Position numbers and translations under genes: made by a program | NCBI GenBank assembly: GCA_964187785.1 | Contig: OZ076417.1 | Span: 20,336,001 to 20,400,000, forward strand | Source of the DNA: Amphiscolops sp. MND2022 | Lineage: Eukaryota | Reading direction: 5' to 3' | DNA: 64,000 nucleotides | Notes under the pieces: generated by a model | What the model saw: only the letters and a program-made list of their open reading frames with translations | The model's database searches: none | What the model was told of the DNA's origin: nothing | In this document: positions 53,000-64,000 of the stretch, in pieces | Position numbering within the stretch: the first letter of the stretch is position 1 | Layout of the letters: the number at the start of each line of letters is the position of its first letter

Positions 53000-54700
53000 G
53001 TCACAACGAGGCAAATCGTTCCCCAAAAGGGATGATATTTCAACTGATGAACAACAGAGAAAGGTTACCCAAACAATACGAAAAGCAAAAAATACAATTT
53101 GCGCAAATTAGGGCCAAATCCTGCTGTCAAGATTTTTCACAAAGCTCTTGGTACTAAAAAGAAACAACAACAACCATACACAACACTACCTGACCTTGAA
53201 CAACTCAAAAAACACTTTTATCCTGTCGGCCAAATTTTAAACTCCAAGCACTCGGAAACAAAGTTTTTTCCCTCGATCAGTCAAACAGAGAACACCTTGA
53301 TACTTCACGACGGACTGCACCGAAGTTGCTAAGATTTTGAAAAAGATGAAAATCCGGAAATCATTGTCGCCGCGATGGCATGAGCCATTAAATCCTGATA
53401 TGGTGTTCACATGTAATTGAATGATAACCGGATTTTAATTTAACAGCCTTACTGGAAGCTCTTATCGATCAACTTTTAAAATTGCCGATGTGATTCGACG
53501 TCATTAGAAGGACACGGGTAAGATCCTTTATATAATAGACTAATCAGCCCTTTGAGCTCAAAGAGAAAAATTTAAAAGAAACTTCTACACAAGAGAACAA
53601 CTAAACTTTGTCGAAAGCACAAACGTCTCACTACAATACACAATGGTTTTAGACAAAACCATCACGTGTAGATACAATTACTTCCGTCATCGAATTCACG
53701 AGAAACGAAATGGAAAGCAAAAAGACAGAACAAGCTTGCTTTGTTGACCTTGATAAAATGTTCGACATCATTGATCACGAGTTGTCTTAGAAAACACGAA
53801 CAAACACATGTTTACAGGGCTGACACTTGACATTATGGAACGTTTTCACAGTGATCGATAGCAGAAAGTACCCGCGGCTCGAAGAATAATGGAAAATCAA
53901 TATGGAAACGGGTGTCCCTCAAGACTCTGTCATAAGCTCATTTAATTTTCTCTTTTTTAAGTGAATTATATGCAAACTGTCTCCTAGAAAAGTCTAGTAT
54001 TTATGTTTGCCGATGACACTCATGTTGTACGCTGTGTTGAAGAAACTCATCCCCCGGCGTTGCAAGGTTTCTCAATGTAACTGAATGGTTAAGTTCTTCT
54101 AAACTTACCAATGATAACGACAAATGTGAAGCGATACCACTTGGGCCGAAGGTGCCCGGAAATATAACCTCATTGAATATTGAGCTAGGAATAAAAGTAC
54201 TTGCAAGCATCTAGGTATACATCTGGACAAAGCGCATCCAGTTTAAAGAGCATATTGATAAAGTTTTTAAGAAGCTCAACAATTTCTGTGGTCTAACTTA
54301 AAGGGTGCGGGATCGGTATCCGAGAAAAAACATTTTTTGTTCAACAATTCGTTTGCTGACTGAATAATCTCACCCAGAATTCTAGAACATGGATCAACAG
54401 CGAAAACACGTTTTTAAAACTTGAGGTTGCTCAGAGGCGATTTCTGAGAAGGGTTTTCTTCCGCAAACGCTACGAATCAATGAGTTATTTTTTAAATAAA
54501 CACAGTTCTTACAGTTCCCTTCAATTCATTTGAAAAACCAACTACGACGAAAACAAGCCACTGCACGCGAAGGAACTATAAGGGCTTTTTTGCTCGACTC
54601 ACGCCAGAACGTTGACAAAGAGGAACTAGATATGCTGCACTGTAGAGCATTCAAATGGTTCAAGTGAATAAATATCATTCCAGAAAATTGGGAAACATTG
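53000..54700 (+). mobile_element. Decayed non-LTR retrotransposon (CR1/L2-type) reverse transcriptase remnant
   Basis: ACFVDLDKMFDIIDHE (~53734), TGVPQDS (~53908), MFADDT (54003) and KHLGIHLD (54205) occur in the expected order. Boundaries are approximate. Confidence 0.8.
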
Positions 54701-54886
54701 AGTTCGGTCCAAGTTCTCAGTAAAAGGTTTTAAGTCAAACTCGATTCATGAGGGCGAAGACTCGTAAAGCAATTATGCTCCTTTTCGTCTTTTTTGGATG
54801 ATGAAAGTTCAAGTTATCTGTACTTCTATGTGTACCTAATACTATCATCCATATAAATTAACTTTTGTCTCTTCTTTTGCTTCTAA

Positions 54887-55504
54887 TTTTTAGTCGGCGC
54901 TTCATGAAGTAAAATGCGACTATTATAGTCACTCTTTTTTCAATCCACACGAACTGACCAAAAGAATTCTACAAAAGTTCTACGCAATTTTGTGGTGTCA
55001 AATTGAACAATTTGGCCTAGCGAACTGAACAAATGTCTTTCCTGTTTTTCCGCGAAACATACAGTACCGGGCGAGACTAAAAGGCCCCCTTTTATTTTTT
55101 TAGGCCTGGTGAGACTTTTTTGATTTTTTTTTCTCGAACGGCCCCCCTTCATTTTTTTATGTATGACGACAGAATGGATGTTGAGAAGTCCCAAAGGGTC
55201 CTTTCCCGTTTTTTCCGCATTGTGGGACGTTTTTGAATTTTATTCTTGAAGGGTCCCCTTCAATTTTTTGATGTTTGACGACAGAATGAATGTTGAGAAG
55301 TCCCAAAGTGTCCTTTTCGTTTTTTTTGGCATTGTGAGAATTTTTCTCGAAACCTTTTTCTCCAATGGGTCCCCTTTTAGCGCGCCAATTTGGTCCAATT
55401 TTTGCTTTTCCGGGTACTGTAAAAGAATACTTGACACTTTGAAGTCCTTTCGCTATTTTTGAGCTTTACATATGGCGACGACTTATGCCGTTCCCAGCTT
55501 GTTT
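54887..55504 (-). mobile_element. Helentron/DINE-1-like repeat, copy 3 (partial relatives at ~56290-56580 on - and ~59222-59430 on +)
   Basis: TTTTTAGTCGGCG at the left and GCCGTTCCCAGCTTGTT at the right are reverse complements of the copy 1 ends. Confidence 0.6.
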
Positions 55505-55668
55505 CTTCCAAGCAAAAGCACGTTGAATATAAATCTTGTTTTGAAGCTGATGAAATACAGTTGAAACTAAAGTTGCTTTTACATGTCTTAAACCTGAGGA
55601 AGAATAGTTAAAAAATGTTAAAACTAGGAGAACTTAACTATATCGAACAGTTGGACTTCGTCAGTTCG

Positions 55669-55943
55669 CTAGGTATGAAAAGAAACTTTGTAACCTTTTT
55701 CCTTGAGAATTTCTTCGAGCTTGTCAATGGCTGATTTTTGCATCTCTGACAGGCAATTTTTGATCGCCTTGTGCGTTGCAATTTCTTCTTCCGTTGGCTC
55801 TTGTCTGAGAAAATCCTCCAGCACTGCCTCTACCTTCATTGATTCGTCCCTTGTAAATGTTCTAAAAAGCCGTATTTGATTGAAACTTACTTGTTGACAC
55901 CAATAGAAACCATCGTAGAAACAGAAAATGGCAAAAATGTCAT
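55669..55943 (-). CDS. Candidate small two-exon gene (81 aa, helical/acidic) with a 29-nt intron
   Basis: Exon 55943-55891 (phase 2), intron GTAAGT...TTTTTAG (55890-55862), exon 55861-55669 (TFTRDESMKVEAVLEDFLRQEPTEEEI...EILKEKGYKVSFHT*). Confidence 0.35.
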
Positions 55944-58900
55944 CGTGAAAAATTGGTTCTTATGTACAAAAATCAAGACAAGCCTTACGGACAACGCTAC
56001 AACGACATGAAAAACCTAGAGAGTCAGTTCAATTCAGAATTTGGATTTAACATCCAGCACATCTGAGGCATCTTGCCAGAGCACCAATGTTCCTCAGGAC
56101 CCTTCGAGACGTGCTCCATAGCACTCTCTGTCTGTACTTGCTACCACTAATGCGCAATAAGCTAACACGAACTGACTAAAATAGTTCCACAAAGTTCTAC
56201 AAAATTTTAAGGGGCCAAATTGTACCACTTGACCCAGAGAACTGGATTATAAAAGTTGTTCCTTTTTTAAGCGCAACATTCGAAACTGGAGAAGCCTAAA
56301 AGGTCACCCCTTCAATTTTTTGATATTTTGCAACAGAATGGATGTTAAAAAATCCCAAAGGGTGCCACCTTTCAGTTTTTTCGGTATTGTGAGACTTTTT
56401 TGCGAAAGCTTTTTAGTGTCTTCAAAAAGGCGCGCCAGTTCGGTCATTTGGGTTTTTGAAAGTGTTTCGCAACTTTTTTTGTGGGTTTTTCATAAATAAC
56501 GCCCTGAGCAAATCTTAAAAAATTTGCGCTTTTTGAGCCTTAGGATATAGCACCAACTTATGCCGTTCACGGCTTGTTATTGTTGTGTTACGCTCAGATT
56601 CGAAACGTTCCTTGATTCCCTCATTGAGCATGTAAACGAAACTCCCACGAAAACCGCGCAGACATGTTAATGCCCTTCTGCAAATACTAAACCAACATCT
56701 GAGATTCCTCTTTTAAAAATGCCGTGTCGTGACACGTTGCTGTAGTGCTTCAACCAATTTTCTGCGAAAACTTATATCAAATTTGTGAAGGTTTATGTAC
56801 AAACACGCGTAACAACTGCACAAAAATCGAGTTCCACCTTGGTAATCACATTTTCAAAAGCTTATCGTGTGAAACCGCGCCGAAATTATCAAATTATGTT
56901 GACTAGAATGCGTCCCCGAGTCATGGCGTCTTTTAGCTTTTGGTTTTAATGGAAACGTATAAAAAATGAATAATAAAAGGTCACACAGTTGCCATTTTTT
57001 CGAATACTGATACAACATAAAATTTCCAAAGGACACCCATCAGTGTTAAAATACGAATTTTTCTTAGGTGGTATTCTATCAATATGTCATTCAACATGGT
57101 TTTATAAGCTGACGCGCAGAACCATTAAAAAGCCCTGAGATGTCCTCTATTGTTTTGAACAAACAATTCGCAACCCGGAGCTGCATTAAACTTGGTGGTT
57201 CGGGTGTGATTCAGTTCAATTGTTCGAGATGGATTTTACTGACTTGAACTTTCAGTTCAACGCATAAAAGACCCTTCATGCAAAACGTTAGCTCCCTAGT
57301 TGAAAAAAAAATACAAATCTTACAAGAATCTTGCAAGATGTCTTGCAAGATCTTGCAAAACAATGCATTTTTCTGGCAGGTTTCTTGCAAGATATACATC
57401 ATATTGCAAGATTCTTGCAAGATATACCATTTCTAAATTGTGTTCAGCATGTTCCAAACATTGCTCGCAGAAAGGTAAAGAAAAACTCACAGTTAACCAG
57501 GAAAGAATTTTAAATGCGCAAGTTTTACAATGAAAATATTAACTTATCTCAAAATCCTCACACTACAATATGAGAACACAGATGTTCATATTCCAGCATT
57601 GACTTGTTCCAGCATTGTGTTCAGCATGCTTCAGCCTCGTACAAACGAGCAGGTGGACAAAAAAGCCCCCTTCACAATGATACATCAGATGAATGAGCAC
57701 AAAAACCATGATGGATGTCTCTCGGAGTCTATCAAAAATCATATCAGGACCTCGAAAATATCGGTCATTTTTATAGTCTTGGCTGGCCAACTGAGAAACA
57801 GCCGACACTGGTAGGGCCACAAGCGAAAAAAGGACCTCGAAAAGAGACATTTGATTGGTTCAGATCGTATTCCGTTAGATCTTATTCCGGGAAAAGCAAT
57901 CAAGATATCCAATTTCTAGATTGTAGCTACCTTGTTTGACCCTCAGAAGCCTTCATCAAAATGGATGTTTCCTTCTGCGGGATACATCCACAGATCAATC
58001 GAATGGAACCGGTACGCGCTGGGCTTGGCTGCAAGGCAGTACTGTAACACGACATCACTGCACCTAATATGTGTCGTTATGCGCCTGGATCTCAAGTAGT
58101 TTCAACAACTTTTGATTAACAAAATAATTCTGTGTCTCGAACAACCTGGTCTCATATTCATCGTGTAGAACGCGAGCGGGGTTGTTTATTCAATCCATCG
58201 TGTCAGCATGTATGGTGCAAAACCGGTTGCATACCGATGCAGTTTTAGACCACGCGGATCTATTAAAAATGTTCATCCCAACCTCGCACTTTGCACGAAG
58301 CAAAATCTTCAACAAAATTAAGAAGGGTTTCGTCTGGCGCCCCCTTGTGAGCGTACATGGCGGGTATTTGATGTGATTATGTTCGATGGAACTCTCTTAG
58401 AGTCTTGCGCCGTCGGTTTTGCTGCTCTGTATCATTGCCAGCAAGATGATGATCTAAACACTTTTGAAAAATGTATGCGTGATGGTAGTCGCGTCACCAA
58501 AACGCTTCAGTGAACTTTGAAAGGTCATTGACCATGACTTTCTTTCTTGACTTTCTTTTTTCAAACAGATCGATTCCAATGTGGTCATACTGAACAATTT
58601 CATTAGTGTAACAGGTTTGAAATTTACGCAACTGGTAACGCACATCATCAGCTTACTGCAGCCTTTGTTGATATGTTTTACTCTGTTCTACCTAATCACC
58701 ATCGCTTCTGTGATTGCCTCAACTGTCCTTTGATCTTCGCTAGTACAGTATTCATTGTCTGGGTTTCTAAGTCCTCGAACTGGAGTTCTACTAGGTACAT
58801 TGGCGACATAAATATCATGCCTGCAATGTAATGATCCATGGTTCGCCGGTATTCTCAAGATCTATAAAATTTAACTGTTTGTGAGGACAGTTGTTTTGTG

Positions 58901-59453
58901 ACAGTTTCCAATAAAAATACATTCAATGAATACTTTAAATAAAAATTCCAATATCCATGATAAATGCGTAAGCAGATTCCGTGAAAGAAAAACAGAACGT
59001 CTCACCTTTGGGCCAACCAAAAATCATTGATTACAAGCAGTGCCAAATTCCTTGTTGAAGTCAATGTTCAAAGATATGGCCGCAGCCATTGAAGCTAGTC
59101 ATAGGAGGTTTTTCTGGACCTGTCAGCGTGTCTTCAGCACGAACAAAGGTTTGTCAACTTGATTGATAACTCATAAAGCGAAATACGTCGCGCATAAATA
59201 ATTGTGTAAGCGGAGAATGAAACAAACTGAGAACGGCCCAAGTCAGCGCCATATCTAAGGCTCAAAAATAGCAAAAGGACTTCAAAGTGTCAAGTATTCT
59301 CTTCTACAGTACCCGAATGGGGAAACAAAATTATCAAAAAAATTTTCGAAATTTTTTGAAGGCTCCGGTAAGTCGCATATTGCCGACAAATGTAAAAGTG
59401 GGGATACTTTGGGATTTTTTGAGCATCCATTCCGATCCAAAATAAATAAATTT

Positions 59454-59530
59454 GGTCCAGGGTGAGACTCTAATCCACGTCCTTTTGCTTGGCAGACCTC
59501 AAAAAATCTTAGTTAACCTCTATGCCAAGT
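59454..59530 (-). other. Degenerate tRNA-derived (SINE-head-like) sequence
   Basis: Minus strand TGGCATAGAGGTTAA (A-box-like) ... GGATTAGAGTC (degraded B-box). Confidence 0.3.
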
Positions 59531-59972
59531 GACAGTAGAAGTAGTTGTGTATAGTGGCAGATAGTGTGTGTGGAAGCCAGCTTATAACACTTATAAAATC
59601 TGTCACTTCGTTGGTTTTAAAAAAACGAAAAGTCACGACTAAAAACTCGAACCATTTGTTTTCATTTTTGAATCGCCCTTGTACGCTAGAGACTGCTATT
59701 TCCTGTCTTTTGGTGGGCCTTGCTACTGATTTAGAGCGGTAGCAAGGCCATTTCTGCTGGCATTGATTTCTAATACAATAGAAGGATTCCCGCTACTCTT
59801 AGCACTAACAAACTGGGACAAGTTTGCGAGTACTCAGACGAAGCGGGATCCCCGCGAAATATATTTCATCCCTGGGAAGCAAAACTGATTGGTGGGGACA
59901 TTTTAGGTCAATTTAAGTGAGTGGTCGTTTTGACTTTTGATTTCGCCTTTCTGCTACGTATTACTCAATTGG

Positions 59973-60290
59973 CTATATACAATTAGTACTGGTTTTGCCG
60001 CAAAAATTCAATTGTATAAACGCATTTTGCTTTTCAAGAGGTACAAAAATCTGTTTCACCGAAAACTGAGAAAAGTTTACGAGTACGGACCTTGGTTCCG
60101 TTGTTGGATTATTATGTCCAATCGCACGGATGCCTGAACCCTCACAAAAAATACAACTGCATCTGCGAAGATGAAATGGGGCATAATAAGAAAAGTGTGA
60201 ACCCCCATAAGATAAAAAATGCGATGGGTGAGGAATTGACTGGGTATAACTTGGTGGATCTTCATTTGGTGTAGAAAAGTATGAGCCCAT
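59973..60290 (-). CDS. Hypothetical 105-aa ORF starting MGSYFS
   Basis: Single open frame with an MGxxxS N-myristoylation-like start and a CSCIFC motif. No homology recognised. Confidence 0.25.
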   Translation of the reverse strand: MGSYFSTPNEDPPSYTQSIPHPSHFLSYGGSHFSYYAPFHLRRCSCIFCEGSGIRAIGHNNPTTEPRSVLVNFSQFSVKQIFVPLEKQNAFIQLNFCGKTSTNCI

Positions 60291-60687
60291 GTTATAAGAC
60301 GTAAGATATGAACTTTTCGAAATAGAGAAAAAATTGATCCAATTTAATTAGCAAATAGTAAATGTGAATCAGCAATAGTGGTTGCTGTCTTCGTTGTTTT
60401 TTGTTCAAATTCGAGTCTTTTCAGGATAAACCCTTCTCAAGTATATTTAGAGCTAGGCGATCTTGACAATGGGCCTCAAAGTAGATCACAAAAAACCGCA
60501 AAATTGTAGGTAAAAGTGGGCTGAATTCCTGTTTGACAATTTTGAAATATACTGCATCTAATAGTGATTTCTCAACAGCTGAAACATGAAGACATCAAAG
60601 CAATGTGTAAAGTCACAACACCTGCCGTTGCACAACGTCTGCCCATTATACCGCATGGTGAATTATTCAAATCACCACCGAAGCATG

Positions 60688-61070
60688 ACTTGAAATTCCA
60701 GATTTCTCAGAAAAACGAAAAAAACCCGTGACCAAGACGACGGCCGGCGGAGCGATGTAAGAACATGTGACTGCAGTAAACCGTTGACTAGTCTGGAAAT
60801 AAAGCTCCAAACAAAGCTTTCCCAACGTCTCCACAATATACCGCTTTGTAAATTATTTAAATCAAAATTTTATGGAAGCAGTTGTGGAAACGTTTTTTTT
60901 CTGAAATGGAAATCGACGTTACAGTCGAAGAAGCATACCAGTTTTGGTACCTTGAAATACCAGTTTTCTCAGAAATACGAAAAAAGCCGTGACCAAGACG
61001 ACAGCAAGAGCGATGTGAGAAAGAGCATAGAACATGTGAGTGCAGTAAATGGTTGACTGGTATTGAAATT
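60688..61070. repeat. Imperfect ~110-bp direct repeat at ~260-bp spacing
   Basis: cttgaaat.ccag.tttctcagaaa...ccgtgaccaagacgac...gagcgatgt...gaacatgtga.tgcagtaaa appears twice. Confidence 0.75.
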
Positions 61071-61460
61071 ACGTAGAGGTACTGTTTTATGCGTTGGAAG
61101 CTGTTACAACTCGATGTTACGAACTCTTCCCAGGTGATGACTGTTGCTTAAACTTTCTCTAATCAGTTCCAGGGAAGCCCCAGCTTACTAGTTGGGTGGA
61201 GGAATACCATTTTTAGTTTATTGGATGTTCTCTGAACTGTTAGTTGCAGGTATTTGATATTGTACGCTTGAGGGCTGCTATTTGGATCTGAATCCACAGA
61301 CTCCTGAAATTTAACTATTTAGTCCCTGCAGTTAGAAAGGACAAAACTATCCTTTCGAGTTTCAAAATTGGTCGTGATCGGCTACTTGAGACCCTTTTCA
61401 ACATTTAGAATAGAGGATTGACGAAATGAGAATGCAGCACATAAACAACAGAAACCACAC

Positions 61461-61906
61461 CCGTACTGAGACTCCATTCAATCCCATCGATGGGCAACTT
61501 TTTCCGATGGGCATCGATCATCGATGGACCATCGATGGCTATCGATGGGATTTGAATTATCGCCAAGCGCATGGGGGCACTTGTGGCATTTTATGGTTAA
61601 ATATATCAAATTTTTCCGAATAAAATATTTGGGCATCCTCGAAATCCCAAAAAAAGCTTAAATAGACTGAAAAACCTAAATGGCCAGAGTTTGTTGAAAT
61701 TTTGAACATGGTCAAGTCGAACGAATTTTTGTGATCGAAAATTTCGATTCCCATTGATGGGTCATCGATTGTCCATCGATGACCCATCGATGGGATCATC
61801 GATAGAAAAACCTCATCGATGCCCATCGATGGACGATTGATGGCCATCGATGGGCCCCATGGGACTGCGATGGCCATCGATGAACTGCGATGGGATCTCT
61901 GTACGG
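61461..61906. mobile_element. ATCGAT-rich MITE-like element
   Basis: CCGTAC(T/A)GAGA inverted termini, both subterminal regions packed with CCATCGATGG palindromes. Confidence 0.65.
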
Positions 61907-62752
61907 ACAGTTAATTTACAATTTTTGTAATTCACTTTTTTCAAATACTTTTTGCTGTGTATTGAACCATTTGTTGTTGAATATTTTTCCATTGCATTAA
62001 AAAACTGTTTGAGCGACAAGTAAGGCGGTAATTTTGATACCCTTTGGGTTAGGACATGTAAGGCAGTGGTGCTTTCAGATTTCAAGGGCAAACATCAAAA
62101 GTGACAAAATTTATACATTCAAATCGCACCTGTCTTCGGAATGAATGAGCGCAGAACCTACGTAGACACTTTTGAATCACACTTTTCCTCTTTCCATCAA
62201 TACTTCCTGCTTCTTCTATACCAGATCGCCCTCGCGTTTTTGGTCGTATTTTCTCATCTTCCAGATTTTTTTGGCAATCGTGCTTTAAAACGTTTTTTTT
62301 CCTGACTTTTCGAGTAAGAACAAGTTTGCTTGACCATCACCATATGTACCATTTTATAACAATTGTAATGAATTTTGGCTTTTATGGAACGTATCTCTTG
62401 TGAATTCTTGATGCCAGTGCCAAAACGTTGCGTCAGTAAAGAGAGCAAAACCTCCGGATTGTCACGATCGGGTTTCGTACTGACTGTTTAATTACTGGCC
62501 TCATCGTCGATAGAGAGTGTAAAGCCAAGTTTCTAAGACTGATCTCAGACTGATCAACTAACTGGAAGAGCGTTCCAAGTAAAGTCTAATTGTTGTCATC
62601 TAACCAACAAGCAATCCAAATTTTAACACACAATGCCTATTTTCTTCAAAAGGTTTTTTAAATCGCTGCTCCCAAATGCATTTACATATCAATTGCTATC
62701 GGTGTTGCGATAGCAATACAAATATCGTTAATTTAAAACAAACAAATTATAA

Positions 62753-62822
62753 GGCAGCTTGGCTCAGCGGTAGAGTACAAGGCCGGTATTTGACCGGCGT
62801 GGGTTCGATTCCCGGACATGCA
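62753..62822 (+). other. tRNA-derived SINE head or tRNA pseudogene
   Basis: A-box TGGCTCAGCGGTAGAG, hairpin GCCGG-TATTTGA-CCGGC and B-box GGTTCGATTCC, but poor acceptor stem, no U33 and no variable loop. Confidence 0.55.
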
Positions 62823-64000
62823 AAATATTTTATATTTTGGAAATATTTCTCTGATTTCGGTAAAAATACTTTCGAAAAGGCCTTGCTATTCAGATCAAAA
62901 AGTGAGTCATATTCTTTTGTAATTTTGTGATCAAACTTTTAGTTTGGCGGCATTTTATCACTAGTTTGGTTTATTGTCATTGAAACAGCTGAATAGACGT
63001 TTCTTCTCATACAAATCTTTGGTTAACAAAAAAGATTTTACATGGTGGCCATAGAGAGGCTTTGCATTCTGATTGCAATTCGTGTTTACCAATACAGTTT
63101 TACTCAACTTTTCTACCAAACCAGTCGATTGTGTTAGCAGTTCGACGATTTCCGCCCGTTTTACTAATCTTTATTCAAGAAATGTCCGCTCAAAATCTGT
63201 TACAGCCAATTCTCAATTTATCAGCTGATGCCATACTACAATATATCACGATACAACAATACGTGTGCATGTGTGTTACCATCGCCGGTGGAGAACAGTA
63301 AAGCGAAGTGTGTGATATCTCATTGGCTCGAAGAGATCTTGCTCTGAATTTACTCTTGTTTTGCCTGGCGAATTACTGTTCCAACTGCAATAGCTGTTCA
63401 ATACCAGTACTTATTTTGGCGTTAATGTACAGTTGTCATCATCTACTATTTGCTTCTTCGCCGCATATCTGCAAAAACACACAAACGTTGCCGCCGTCAT
63501 TGCCGCTCAAAAACGACAACGACACAGCACTAGTCACTGTTTCTTGTGTCCGATCTTGTTCAATAATTCCTTCAGTTTTCCTTCTCAGCCATACTTGTCT
63601 AGTTACCCTGGGCGGCTATTAATTGCTGGTGGAATAACCAAGACTTCTCGATTACGACTGAAGCTCTAATTCAACTGCAAAACAGCAACTTATTAATGTT
63701 TGTATTTTTTGAATGTGTGCTTCATTTTGTTCCGGGTAGCAAGACCTGATATTAATTTTGAGAACTATCGAAAAACACATTTATCGAGCGAAAAAAAAAT
63801 CCATAATCCCAACAATAGGAAAAAAGGGTGAAAAAAGTCTAACCAGTATTTGATCGATTGCCCATTTCAAAAAAAAGACGAAAATTGAATGGTGCGAATT
63901 TTGGCCGCAAGTTCTTTGCACCACGCAATTTCCAACAACAACTTTACCAATTCAACAGACTACAACAGCTGTCGCGAATTTTCCAGTTTCAACGTTTCCG

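Noticed and set aside
57700-58870. Faint Helitron Rep/helicase-like peptide fragments
   Set aside because: Too degraded; no diagnostic HUH or helicase motif could be read with confidence.
62753-62822. Functional tRNA-Lys(TTT)
   Set aside because: Acceptor stem mispaired, no U33, extra bases after the D-arm and no variable loop.
61950-63670. Degenerate minus-strand coding-like tracts (AKIHYNCYK; Cys-rich pieces)
   Set aside because: Many stops and only vague resemblance to transposon N-terminal regions; needs a frameshift-aware search.

Overview
AT-rich eukaryotic (animal) genomic DNA with spliceosomal introns, dominated by transposable elements, with a 200-N assembly gap at 12742-12941. The repeat families resemble ones I recall from the acoel Symsagittifera roscoffensis, but this is unverified. 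Left to right: (1) exons of a FAK/PTK2-like tyrosine kinase on the minus strand, partly duplicated at a 4643-bp offset, both copies sharing a non-GT (GG) splice donor, with a perfect 146-bp palindrome between them; (2) a ~6.9-kb element bounded by 63-bp inverted repeats, carrying a spliced SET-domain/Zn-finger-like gene and a second predicted 4-exon gene, but no visible transposase; (3) a decayed BEL/Pao LTR retrotransposon whose 5' part was tandemly duplicated (3.6 kb); (4) a compact, apparently intact 3-exon PARP-like ADP-ribosyltransferase gene; (5) a decayed Gypsy pol followed by a very long accessory reading frame of unknown function; (6) a full-length Gypsy element with 208-bp LTRs and a 5-bp TSD; (7) a LINE RT remnant, Helentron/DINE-like repeats, many MITE-like elements and tRNA-derived fragments. 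No CRISPR arrays, rRNA or convincing functional tRNA genes. All exon models and alignments were done by hand, without database searches. The best candidates for something undescribed are the SET-carrying inverted-repeat element, the standalone ART gene and the Gypsy accessory ORF.
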